From NCBI RefSeq assembly GCF_006345805.1, contig NC_043001.1, forward strand, positions 5,394,001 to 5,458,000: DNA of 64,000 nucleotides, in the 5' to 3' direction. The position numbers and the translations under genes were made by a program. The DNA is from Octopus sinensis. Taxonomy: Eukaryota. This document shows positions 25,520 to 38,401 of the stretch, piece after piece. The notes under the pieces are model-generated. The model was given only the letters and a program-made list of their open reading frames with translations, was not told the DNA's origin and made no database searches. Every line of letters starts with the position of its first letter. Within the stretch, counting starts at the first letter, position 1.

Positions 25520-26520
25520 TACCGTTAGGGTTTTTTTACTCTTTCTAAGCCACTGATGGTATTATAAATATTAATACCCACACACTTATACATATAAAAA
25601 AGAGAGATGTTAGGGAAAATGTCTATCTGAGGAGTCGTAGCTATTGTTGCTTTTACGAGGTGAGAGTGCACATCTTGATATGTAGGAAAAACAACTCGCC
25701 TGTTTTTTGTTTGTAACATGTATGTATAATCATGTGGCCAATGTATGTATAATCATGTGGCCAATGTATGTATAATCATGTGGCCAATGTATGTATAATC
25801 ATGTGGCCAATGTATGTATAATCATGTGGCCAATGTATGTATAATCATGTGGCCAATGTATGTATAATCATGTGGCCAATGTATGTATAATCATGTGGCC
25901 AATGTATGTATAATCATGTGGCCAATGTATGTATAATCATGTGGCCAATGTATGTATAATCATGTGGCCAATGTATGTATAATCATGTGGCCACTTTTTA
26001 TTGACTTCTTGTAAAATATTCAATAATTTAAATTTATTTTAATGACATAAATTATTGACAATAAACATGTATCGCCCATGAAAGATTTGTACTGAAAATG
26101 TAGCTGTGTTCATTTCAGTTGTTTCCACTTAGAAGGAACCTAATAGCGGATATTCTAACACCATATTGTAGGACATAACCTGGATAATAAAATAGCATTC
26201 AATATTACAGAAAAGGATATAATAACGTTTATATTATATTTATTTGTGTGCCTTTCCATACATATTATTTAGTGGTTTGGTAAAGAAATATACTTCTACT
26301 TACTTAATTGCCATTCTTAATTCATTCACCAGAAATAGATAAATTGTATGATGTAATCTCATAAAGTTCCTGTTTGTACTCGTTATTCTAAAATGAAGAC
26401 ACAATCTTTTATTAATTTCGGAAATAATTCTAGAAGGAATTGACATTAGCTCTTCTTTAATATCAACGCATATAAGTTTTATTTCTGTCAATAGTCCTCC
26501 ATTGGCTATAATTAACAAAG
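25520..26520 (-). mobile_element. Possible Helitron PIF1-helicase relic interrupted by a minisatellite
   Basis: Weak resemblance of IPSRIISEINKRLCL...TNRNFMRLH and QIDIFPNISLFY to Helitron helicase segments; not verified. Confidence 0.3.
25718..25993. repeat. Minisatellite, 12 identical copies of a 23-bp unit
   Basis: (ATGTATGTATAATCATGTGGCCA)x12 = 276 bp, no variants seen. Confidence 0.98.
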
Positions 26521-26911
26521 TTATGCAAAAATAAAAAGTGTCACCAAAGCTTACATGAATATTTCTATTTTATATGAGGTTATTCTGTCCATTAATCGAA
26601 AGTAATTATTGAATAGGGAGCAAATGGGAAAATGCCTTTCTTGAATGCAAGCAAGTTATTTTCAAGAATGGCTGCTAATTTAAAGAGAATTTCAAGAAAA
26701 GGTTGCTAATTTAAATGAAGTTAATTTTGGAATCTAAAAGATAGAGTTTATATAAAATTGTCCATATTTGAAGATAGTATGGCAAAAGTAGTTGACAAGC
26801 AAATAGTATAACATCAGTGGCAAAAAAGCACAACAATATGCAGAATACCGTTAATTTAAGATATAACACAAAACAGACGAAACCTTATCACCAGTTGGAT
26901 GGAATTATAAA

Positions 26912-28040
26912 TACGAAGGTGAGTCAGAAATTAATCGCACTCATATTATTTTCAATGTATTTGCAAAAAAGCAGGGGATAAATAAGTACGTCAATTTTCT
27001 ATATAGTCTGCTTCTTCTTCGATGCTCTTGGTCCAGTAGTACAGAGGCGTGTTTGTGCCCTCCAAGAAGGAGGTGGTTGGTTGGTCGTGCACCCATTTAT
27101 GCACCGCCTCATTTATATCTTCATCCGTACGAAATCGACGACTTCGTAAAAACTATCTTTGAGCGGTCCAAAGATATAATAGTTGGAAGCGACGAGATCT
27201 GCGCTGTAGGCTGGATGTTTTACTACCTCAAAACCCAATTGGTTAATAATTTCAACGGCCATAGCGTGTGTTGTTATGCAGCAACAAACCCTTCTTCGGC
27301 GTTTGGTGCGAATTGCTGGCCTCACTTCGTAGGCCACCAAAGCACAGTATCTTGCACTGTTGATCGTACACCCATTTTCCAGGTAATATTCCAGTATAGT
27401 TTATTTTCAGTCCCAAAATTAGGGTTAGTATCCCCTTTTCTGCGGAAGAGAGGGTCTGGATATTCTTCGTCACTTGTGAGCCACGATGTTTCCACTCCAT
27501 TCTCAGTCCTCTGGATTATGCTTCATGATAATAAACCCACGTTTCATCTCCTGTAACTATTCTGCTCAAAGATTCCTCTTTGAGTCTTTGTTGTAGCGAT
27601 CGACTAAACTTTGACAGACCTTAAGACGTTTGCTCTAGTGCACCTGTCACCCATCTTCACAGACTTTATGGAAGCCGAGCTCACCCTGGATGATCTGATC
27701 GGAAGAACCTTATCTTATCTGCAGGGCAAAAGCTACTTAATCGATAATAACTCATGTGTTCAGCATTATTATCTTTCGACCTTACTGAATCTTCTCGTCG
27801 GTGGTGTAGCTTGACGGATGTCCTGCTCCTTCTTCATGCGTCACGTTTGTCCGGCCAGTTTAAAACTTTCCGATCCAATCATACACACTTGTACGCGGTA
27901 ATGCATTGTCCCCGAACAGAGAAATCGTATCACTGTTCTTTTATTCTTGCTCGGTGCACACTACTTGTGAAACAGCCATGCTTACACTTCAAAGCCAGAA
28001 AGTAAAATATCGCGATCAGGCTCAAACTTCGATCACGTAA
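26912..28040 (-). mobile_element. Mariner transposon relic, second subfamily
   Basis: LPRTSVYDWIGKF, MEWKHRGS, LLLHNNTR, HPAYSADLVASNYYIFGPLK; TIR-like tacgaaggtgagtcagaaattaatcgca at 26912. Confidence 0.85.
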
Positions 28041-28089
28041 CCACCATAGAACCAAATACAAACACACATGCGCAGAAGACATGTGACAA

Positions 28090-28660
28090 TAATAAAGAGA
28101 TGTAATGTTGAAAGCGAGGATAATTTTTGGATTCCTTCGTTTTATGACGCACTCAAGTGACAGGATCAGCTTGCGTCATTTATCAAAATAATTGAAATAT
28201 TAGCGAATGTGATTTAGCCCAATCTTTCGGTTGAGCTGGAATCTATTTGATTTCCGTTAGAATTTGCTTTGGCAATTTTAATTAAAAATTTTCCCAATAT
28301 TGTTTTTGAAATATTAATTTCAATGATATACATAAAGATGTATTTGATGAAAAATATACGTCTTTGCTACAATTTAAAGAGAAATCTACCAATTTTATCT
28401 AACAAATGATTGCCTCACAATTTTACCGCAGATGCAACATGTCGTTCAGCTCATGGAGTTACGACATATACAAATGAAGCTGCACCAAATATATTGTTTC
28501 ACTGCGCTCTTCGTTAAAAGCGTTTAGCAGCCAAGCGTATACGTTAAGGCCAAAAAATCCGTTGTTAAATCAGGATAAATGGAAATAACTCATCCGTAAA
28601 ATGTAAAAGAAAATTAACTCATGCATTGCTACGGAGAGAATCTCGGCTGTTTTGGGAATG
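28090..28660 (+). mobile_element. Possible hAT (Charlie/Buster-like) transposase relic
   Basis: LFHCALR*KRLAAKR resembles the HC(x)HRxALAAK motif; ALLRRESRLFWE lies downstream; heavily decayed. Confidence 0.35.
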
Positions 28661-28710
28661 TAAACCATCTACAAAGGTTTTTTTTATGATTTCCAGTATT
28701 TTAGATAAAT

Positions 28711-29942
28711 TACACATTATGATTAGGAAATATTCAATGCTCAAAAACTATACAGTTGGTAAACTTTACCTGAATGTCGTCTTCAGGAAATTGAAGGGAA
28801 CAATGAAAAAAAAACATTAACTAAATGAAAACCGTTTACAAGATCTATATATCCACAAAATAATAATTTCCATAAATACCATTTTAATATTTTATATCTC
28901 TCAATTTACCTGTACGGAACAGATATGGAAATAAACGTCAGTGATTGCAAATAGATACGAATATGGATTTTTGGAGTTTGCGAATTTCAACTCGCACTGA
29001 AACACGGTCCGCTGGCTTCATTATATGCACTTGATAAACTAATTCGCCCGTGAATTACTTTCGCTTAGAAACGTATACCGTCCATACACTCCTAATTTAT
29101 GTCATTATAAAACAATTTTCAAAGTTATACCGATTTTCCAAATATGCGAGTATGAAACATACTCGCAAAACTGGTAAATAGCTTACTCGTTAATTTGTTA
29201 AAAACTAAGGTTGATATTCTTTATTTGTTTTTGCGTCGAAGAAAATTTATGTTTGTGTTCAAAATTTCCGACGCTGTAGTTACAATATTTATAACTTTCT
29301 TGTTACGAGCGATTTAAAATATAAACAAAAGAATGTTGTATTCTAGAACAATAAACTAGTAAATATTTTAACTAAAGCGTTTAAAAGGAATCTTTTGAAA
29401 TTAGGAACCACACACAGATAAGGGCAGCAGCATCAAAGTCACTCATACACCAAATGCAACATGCCAGCGGAGATTTCAAATAATGGTGTTGTCCCGCCAC
29501 ATCTTTAAGCTTGAAACGCTTTAAGGATTTGAAAATTGAATATTAGAGACACTAAAAATATTTTAACTTTGCATTCTACAGCATTTTGTGACAGGATTTT
29601 AAACCAGCTGGCATAATATAAGTGGATTTTTCACAACTTTTATAGTTTCATTCTTACGTTTTGCACCCCAAAAAGAATACGAGGTTTTCTCTCATAATAA
29701 TTACTGAGATAAATGAATAATTTAATAGAAAATCCACGTTCGAGTGCGGATAAATGTTACCTCTTTTCCTGTTCAGCATCCACATCATGTGTTGCAAACT
29801 GCGACTGGTAGTTGCATATAGTTCAATACACATTATGATTAGAAAATATTCAATGCTCAAAAACCATACAGTTGGTAAACTTTACGTGAATGTCGTCTAT
29901 AGTAAATTGAAGGAAACAATAAAAAAACATTAAACTAAATGA
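28711..29942 (+). repeat. Pair of ~117-bp direct repeats (28711-28828 and 29827-29942)
   Basis: Manual alignment shows 7 substitutions plus small indels in the A-run. Confidence 0.92.
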
Positions 29943-30487
29943 TTATTGGATATTTGGATTTATTTGGGTGAAATTATAAAATAACAGAAAGCATATATTT
30001 AAACTGACCGATTAGATAAAGGCATCTGGATATTTCATTAACAAACGGCATATGCAGTTTAGTGTTAATAATGTTCTACACTAAGAATAACAGATTATAT
30101 ATATGTATATATATATAATTTTTGCTACACCAGATCCTCTATAATGTTGTTTGGCATACCTACACATATATTATCTGACAGATAAGACATTCACATCGAG
30201 TGACGAGCTGCAATTTTTTTTCTTTCATTTCTTTTTTAAATATGTATATACAAACAGCAACCTGCAAATATTTGTAACAAAATTTTACTGGACCAATATT
30301 GAATTAGCAAACACTTCTTCGAAGATTGACTAAAAATAATTTAATTTTTAGCTACTTCGAGTTGTAAACGGCAAGAACAAATATATTTCTTCTTAATCAA
30401 TGATTCCAGTAATGTAAAAATGCTACACTACAACGTGAGTGAGTATGAATATATAAATATATGCATACGCAAGTGATTTTGTGTGTG

Positions 30488-30540
<53 letters not shown>

Positions 30541-31102
30541 CATCTGCTCTCTCTCCTATGTCATATATATATATATATATATATATACATGCAAAAGTAT
30601 ATGAATGCATAACTAAAGTCTCATACACAGACGGACGCACACACTCTCGTACAAGCAACAATAGTCATATATACATATGTATATACATGCGTGCATATAA
30701 GCATGTAATAGAAACACGTGAAACTGCTTACATCCTTGCTGACAAGTGAAGTACGAGGTTTCAAATGTTCTGATTATTGTCTTAAATGTTTCCTACGAAA
30801 GTCGTCATCCTCCGACTTGTTAAGATCGGAAACTAATGTAATTGCATTTGTTTGCCAAGCAAAGAAACTTTAAAAAACATCAGAAAATTATTGATGAATA
30901 AAAGTGATTTTGTGGTTGTGTAGTTAACATGCCAGCTGGGATTTGTAATTGGCTGCAGGCGGAATGATGTTTCCTTCGGCCAACCAGTTTGCTTATCTCG
31001 ATGAAGCCATGCTTAATTGAAAATTACAAATGATCTTCGGTGATTGTTTGACCTTCGATACAGGAAGCATACTCTTTTTACCAAAAAATTCCCTGACAGT
31101 GT

Positions 31103-31105
<3 letters not shown>

Positions 31106-31175
<70 letters not shown>
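31106..31175. repeat. (TG)n microsatellite
   Basis: Directly visible. Confidence 0.97.
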
Positions 31176-31177
<2 letters not shown>

Positions 31178-31388
31178 CTATTGTTCAAGTTCGAGCGATG
31201 TGGAAAATGAAATACAATGACTTCTGAACGTGACAATCAAACATTCCATATCATTTGCAATCACTAGGTTCTTCGGATTTAAAGTTTTTTTATCAATAAT
31301 AACGTGATTTCTGTGGGATGTTAGTATATAAAACATATATACATTATAACACACTTATCTATATATTATATATATATATATATAATAT

Positions 31389-31424
<36 letters not shown>

Positions 31425-31459
31425 ATATATATATAGATATAAATATATATATATATTAC

Positions 31460-31529
<70 letters not shown>

Positions 31530-31609
31530 TTGAAGTAGGTTGCTGGACCATTAAATCTGCTATATCTCTCTCCCTTGCAGCCTTCTAAACACACTCCAAC
31601 ACATACATA

Positions 31610-32060
31610 GACGCACACACACATACATTAAGGCAATTTCTCACACTCAAACACTCTAGCACTCATTCTTAAAATAAATCAAATATAAACACCAGTCATA
31701 CAGAATACATTCACACTCTTTGATTTTCTGTACCCCCACACTCCTGTTAACCGGATTTTGACCTTGAATTATCTCAACGAACTTTTTCGTCGGCTTTCAC
31801 TCAGCCTGGCGTCAACGCATATTGATAGATAGTTTTGTGCCATTTATCCCATGGGCTCCTCGTGAGCGTTTGTCGAAAAGCTTGCTGTGCATTTTGTTGG
31901 AGAATTAAGTTCCTGGATTTTCCTGAAGAGAAGGCTGCAAAATGGACTCCTTATTCAATCCGAATTAGGGTTTTTGCAGCTTTTGAAACATATGTAGAAA
32001 ATAATAAAAAGAAATTTTGTTAAATCTTCGTTCGGCTCCATTTCTTCCTACACTAAATAT
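31610..32060 (+). repeat. Copy 1 of a ~450-bp local duplication (copy 2 at 34122-34565)
   Basis: Collinear along its whole length. Confidence 0.95.
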
Positions 32061-32165
32061 ATATACTATACATAATATATATATGTATATATGTATATAT
32101 GTATATACATATATATTATATATATATATATACATATATATACATAAATGTATATATATATATAT

Positions 32166-32218
<53 letters not shown>

Positions 32219-32237
32219 TACAAATATATATACATAA

Positions 32238-33614
32238 ATGTATGACTTGCTGTCTGATACCCAGCATGGATTTCGACCGGGTAGAAGCTGCCTAACACAG
32301 CTCCTGCAACACTATGACTGGGTGTTAAAACAGCTACTAAATGGCTCAAATGTGGATGCAATATATCTCGACATTGCAAACGCCTTCGATAAAGTCGACC
32401 ACGATATAATCTGTCACAAACTGCGTGGTCTCAGCATAGGCAGAAAACTTGGAGAGTGGCTGCACAACTTCCTAAAAGACAGAAGACAGGCAGTTGTGAG
32501 CAATGGAGCCACTCTCCAAGGAAACACAAATAACAAGCGGTGTTCCACAAGGCACTGTCTTGGGGCCACTGCTGTTCATAGTGGCCCTTTCAGACATGCC
32601 CTCAGGAGCTACGATGGCCACCCTTGCTAGATATGCAGATGACACAAAAGTCTCCCACACAATACAAAACCCTGAAAATATTGCGCATCTGCAACAGAAG
32701 TTGGATACAATATACAGGTGGGCTGAGGATAACAACATGCAGTTTAATGCAGGTAAGACCCAAGCCCTGCGCTACCGGCACACAAATGTAAACGACGTGC
32801 AGACTGGATACGCTGGCCCAGGAAGAATTGCAATGCCTGAGTCAAAATCAATGTTAGACCTGGGCATTGACATGAGCAATGATGCATCTTTCCAAGTGCA
32901 TATTACTAACCTGGTGATAAATTGCAGACGGCTAGCTGGATGGATTCTCCGAACTTTCAGAACAAGAGAGAAGGAGACACTGATGGTCCTCTGGAAAACA
33001 TTCGTCCTCAGCCGCTTGGACTACTGCTCCCAACTCTGGTCACCACACAATATAAAACTAACAGCAGAAATCGAAGCAATTCAAAGAATCTATACAAAGA
33101 AGTTCGTCTCAATGCAAAATATCAGCTACTGGGAAATACTGAAAGTATTAAACCTCTTCTCTCTAGAGCAAAGGCGGGAGAGATATGCGGTGATATATAT
33201 CTGGAAAATCCTGGAGAGTCTTATCCCAAACTTTGGCATTCAAAGTTACCCCAACCGAAGAACGGGGCGCCACTGCATGGTGCCAAAGATTCCAACATAA
33301 CAATCAAAATACAGGTCCAGATACTGCAACAGCTTGGGTTTCAGAGGACCACAGCTCTTTAACATCCTCCTTAAATGCCTGAGAGACTTACATGGTGTGG
33401 ATGTGGGTTTCTTTAAAACTAAGCTGGGTCCCAGATGAACCTACCTCACGACAGGAGACACAGATGCGGGCAGCGGCATTGAACTCCCTTGTTGATAAAG
33501 TGCCACGTATAAGAGGTGGATTCACATATCAGTGTAGCTCATTCAGTGGTGGTGCCCCGGCACGGCCGCGGCCTTGGGGCTAAAACATTTTTAAGGATTT
33601 AAGGATTTAAGGAT
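32238..33614 (+). mobile_element. CR1-clade LINE, 5'-truncated: RT domain to 3' end, frameshifted
   Basis: [60 protein letters not shown]; ends in (TTAAGGAT)x3; TA-rich on both sides. Confidence 0.95.
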
Positions 33615-33631
33615 GTATATATATATATATG

Positions 33632-33823
33632 TAGGTCCCGGGTTGATTCGGGGTTAACCACAGTAAATAAGGTACTCAATACATAGCAGAGTAAAATTAA
33701 TTTATTATATAGAAGGAGCTTCTACAGGACTAGAACTGTTTCATTCAGAGAAATCTTCAGGAAGCTCTTCCTGAATATTTCTCTTGAATGAAACATTTCT
33801 AGTCCTGTAGAAGCTCCTTCTTA

Positions 33824-33833
<10 letters not shown>
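33632..33833. repeat. Long near-perfect palindrome (arms 33698-33764 and 33767-33833) with unpaired 5' extension
   Basis: Arms are reverse complements with about 4 differences and a 2-nt loop. Confidence 0.92.
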
Positions 33834-33856
<23 letters not shown>

Positions 33857-34121
33857 ACAGATAACCCCTGGATTTCCTAATAAATTTGAATAAAATTTGA
33901 AAGGTGATATCTCATCCCTGTTAGTATAAGAACTACTAGTTGTCAAGAACTACTACCATTCCCTACAGCAACACTGTATCCTGTCATTGATATTGTGGAC
34001 ACCCTCTCTCTTTTAAGTTGTCACATACGAACACACAGACACAGCTTTTTCAGTTTCTTGACCGTTAATCCCTGCTATCTCTCTCTCTTTCTGCCTTCGA
34101 AACACACTGTCACGCATTCAA

Positions 34122-34561
34122 AGACGCACACACACATACATTAAGGCAATTTCTCACACTCAAACACTCTAGCACTCATTCTTAAAATAATCAAATATAA
34201 ACACCAGTCATACAGAATACATTCACACTCTTTGATTTCCTGTACCCCCCTTTGTGCTAACCGGATTCTGACCTTGAACTATCTCAACGGACAATCTCTT
34301 CTGCTTTCAGCCAATCTGGCGTCAACGCATATAGATAGACAGTGTGTATCATTAATGTCATGGGCTCCTCGTGAGCGTTTGTCGAGAAGCTTGTTGTGCA
34401 TTTTGTTGGGGAATTAAGTTCCTGGATTTTCCTGAAGAGAAAGCTGCAAAATGGACTCCTTATTCAATCGGAATTAGGGACTTTGCAGACTTCGAAACAT
34501 ATGTCGAAAATAAAATAAAGGAATTTTGTTAAATCTTCGTTCAGCTCCATTCTTTCCTATA

Positions 34562-34565
<4 letters not shown>
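34122..34565 (+). repeat. Copy 2 of the local duplication
   Basis: Collinear with 31610-32060. Confidence 0.95.
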
Positions 34566-34625
<60 letters not shown>

Positions 34626-34693
34626 TATACATTATATACATATGTATATATATACATATGTATATATATACTATATATCATATATACATAATG

Positions 34694-34739
<46 letters not shown>

Positions 34740-34861
34740 TATATATATATATGTATATATAATATATACACATACATACATAATATAACATACATACATA
34801 AATGCATATATATATATATTTATATAAATATACATAATGTATGTATGTATATATACTCATA

Positions 34862-35260
34862 GGCGCAGGAGTGGCTGTGTGGTAAGTAGCTTGCTAACCA
34901 ATCACATGGTTCCGGGTTCAGTCCCACTGCGTGGCATCTTGGGCGAGTGTCTTCTGCTATAGCCCCGGGCCGACCAATGCCTTGTGAGTGGATTTGGTAG
35001 ACGGAAACTGAAAGAAGCCTGTCGTGTATATGTATATATATATATATATGTGTATGTGTGTGTGTCTGTGTTTGTCCCCCTAGCATTGCCTGACAACCAA
35101 TGCTGCTGTATTTACGTCCCCGTCACTTCGGCAAAAGAGACCGATAGAATAAGTACTGGGCTTACAAAGAATAAGTCCCGGGGTCGATTTGCTCGACTAA
35201 AGGCGGTGCTCCAGCATGGCCGCAGTTAAATGACTGAAACAAGTAAAAGAGTAAAAGAGA
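34862..35260 (+). mobile_element. SINE family B, full length
   Basis: Closely matches 13633-14041; flanked by TA-rich tracts. Confidence 0.93.
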
Positions 35261-35354
35261 GAATATATATATATATATATATTATTATATATATATAATA
35301 TATATATATCTATATATATATATATATATATATCAATACCTGTATATATATTAA

Positions 35355-35391
<37 letters not shown>

Positions 35392-35429
35392 AAGCAGCTG
35401 GCCAATATATCAGGCTTATATGTGACAAA

Positions 35430-36050
35430 ATGTACTTAGACAAACCAAACACGACCATAGCTGTTTCCGCCCAAGTGGATCAATAGGATGGAGATGGCCT
35501 AATATAATATTGATGATCCCGAAAATCACGAAAGTAGGAAAGAAGGGATGGTCAGAATAATACGAACCTATAAACAGCATGATCACATGATAAATATAGT
35601 CATACGTTATGTATGTGACAGTACGAATGTTACACAAAGGGACCAGATGTCTTAGTTTAATAACAAGATATACATCCTAAGTGATTGTGCAGCCATCGGT
35701 GTCAGTACCACTGGTGATGTGGCTGAATTTCTTACGTGATGGTGGAATAGGGAACTTCAGAACTCTCAGTAGTGAGCTCCTTAAATACCGCAGTGTCATG
35801 TTCGTCATTTCTACCCCTGGAGACGAACTAGCATCTAGTTTTAGGAAACCTTACATAAGATCCTTTTTACGGTTTTAAGTAGTAGAAAGACCCCGAAAAT
35901 CATTGATTTGTAAAACTTAGGTAATTTGCCTGAAGAAGAAAAAGTTCCGGGGAGTCTCATAAAATCCGTGATATATCTCTACAAACAAAAACTTTCTACT
36001 GGAAAGAAACCCCTATACAGTTAGGAAATCTGTAGTATGTAGCGTAAGCC
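35430..36050 (+). mobile_element. Possible Penelope-like RT relic
   Basis: FNNKIYILSDCAAIGVSTTGDVAEFLT*WWNREL resembles the PLE RT motif F-N-x-K-I-Y-x-Q...G..IG...TG..A; multiple stops. Confidence 0.3.
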
Positions 36051-36148
36051 CACAGAAAAAACTGTGCGCGTGAATATATTTCACATCATACAAATGATAT
36101 ATCGCTCAAGCTTATCTTAGAAGGAATTATGATCTTTTTCTTGAGAAA

Positions 36149-36217
<69 letters not shown>

Positions 36218-36937
36218 GTGTGTGTGTGTGTGTATACATACCTCGAATATTGGAGCTTTGTAATGTTGCTAGAAATCAGCTGATTACTTACGTGAAAATT
36301 CAACTACATATTTATATAATATAATAGAAATGCATACATACATACATACAGGCAAACATATCCACATACACATACACATGCACACATACGCATAAATGTA
36401 TGTACATGCTTGCATACATACCCAAACGCCTGCATACATACATATATAACATTCATTAATTTATTCCCATTGCAGAAGAATTTGAAAAGATTTGGTTACA
36501 TCCAGAAATCCATAAATATTTCGAACTTCGTACACACCCGAACGGCATAATAATTACTGTAAAGTAAATGACATCGCATAAGGAATCCATCTTAACTTTG
36601 GAAGACTAAAAAAAATTGAAATAGTTTGATAAATCATTATATTGGAAACAATAGTAGCCATCATGTGATTATGATTTTAATTTCCTCTCAGAATATATTA
36701 TTTCTAATTTTATTTCCATTTTTATTCAAGGTTTTAATAAAGTTTTCTATAGATTTTAGAAAGGTAAATTGTTCCCCTTCACATTCAAATCCATGCACGA
36801 AGACTTCCTAAACGCAAAATAATATACACCTACGCACGCACGCTATCATTGAAGTGATATCTCTGTGTCATTATGCATATACATTCATTATTCATACACA
36901 CACGCACACACTCTCTCTCTGTCTCTCTTTATCTCTC

Positions 36938-36978
<41 letters not shown>

Positions 36979-38286
36979 TACACAGACACACACGCACACT
37001 CATACACACACACACATATGTATATATAGAGAGAGTGATAGAAACAGAGACAGACAGTCAGGCAGACAGACATGTATGTACATGTGTGTATGAATTTATG
37101 TTTTCTTCGTGCGTATTCTAGTCCGTGATTGTACGTGAGTGTACAGGTGTGCTTGTCTATCTTCACGTGTACGCATGCACAAAATAAATAGTCTATTTAA
37201 GATGCATAAAATAATTTCATAATGGATCGCATTAATCTAAATAAAGCGTCACATTTACAAAAATACTACAACGATTTCCACTAACTAAAATGAAACAAAA
37301 TGCCAACAAAGAATTCTTTTCTATTAAATCAGGCATTTAGATATGTAAATACATTTTATTTTGAATTGAAGCTTTATTGTTACTGATTACTATTTAGACG
37401 AATTTAATGTACATATGGAAAATATTACATCCACACACACGCATACACTCTCACATACACACACATACAGTTTATATGGTTACATAAGTAGACAGCATTC
37501 ACTACATAACTAACTATATTAAAATATAAGATGAATTAATAACTCTAACGAATTCAAACCATTCGAGTCTGTTTGATTATGTTCATTTTCATCAATGACA
37601 ATCTTCTTTATACTATTGTCCTAAACGTAAAGAAAATTAAATTTATCCTAATAATACAATTATATAAGCATAAATTCAAATAGAGGAACTTAAAATAGTC
37701 TTATTTCAATATGCTAACATCATTGATTGGATTATGTAGAATGGCATCCAGGAATGGAAATGCTTAACTGAGTCATACTAGGATTTGTAATTCCGAAATA
37801 ATGTAAATGTCATTTGTAGAAGAGAATTAATTTACATTTTTGAAACTATTTACGTTCACAAAACTATTTGTGATATTTAACTTCATGGAACAAAAAACCT
37901 TCAGCAGTAAAATTACCGGAATTGAAATTTTAAGCAAAATAAAGACGTTGGTGGTTATGAAGTAATGATATGAAGTAAAAATAGAGATATAGATTGATAG
38001 ACAGTTATAGATAGATTTAGAAAAATGATTTCTCAAAAGATAGATAGAATAGCATTTAATTATGAATAATTTGTAAATTAATTGCGTTCAAAGAATTCAG
38101 TGACTTAAAATGAAATATAGAGATATGGATATATAACTCCATGTAAAGCATGTGCACATACCTACCTGCAAGATATGTCCACATGTTAACTCAAAAATTC
38201 ATCAAACACTCTTACAAGTGTGTGTGCATATGTGCGCCTTCCCGCTGATATATAGAGTGCATACGTACACGTATGCACAAACATAC

Positions 38287-38401
38287 AGAATTAGTTTATT
38301 GTATCCGTTCCAATGGCTCGTTATTGAGGAGTCTCTTTGCGATGCTGTCACTATTTCTGGCATTTCGACGAAGCCAGGAGAAAGTCCATGCAAGATTTTG
38401 T
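38287..38401 (-). other. Candidate 115-nt exon of an unknown gene
   Basis: Acceptor ttttacatcattag, donor |gtatgt, GC above flanks; frames DKILHGLSPGFVEMPEIV... or QNLAWTFSWLRRNARNSDSIAKRLLNNEPLERIQ*. Confidence 0.25.

Noticed and set aside
25718-25993. Regular repeat array that might suggest CRISPR
   Set aside because: The units are contiguous with no spacers, and the context is eukaryotic.
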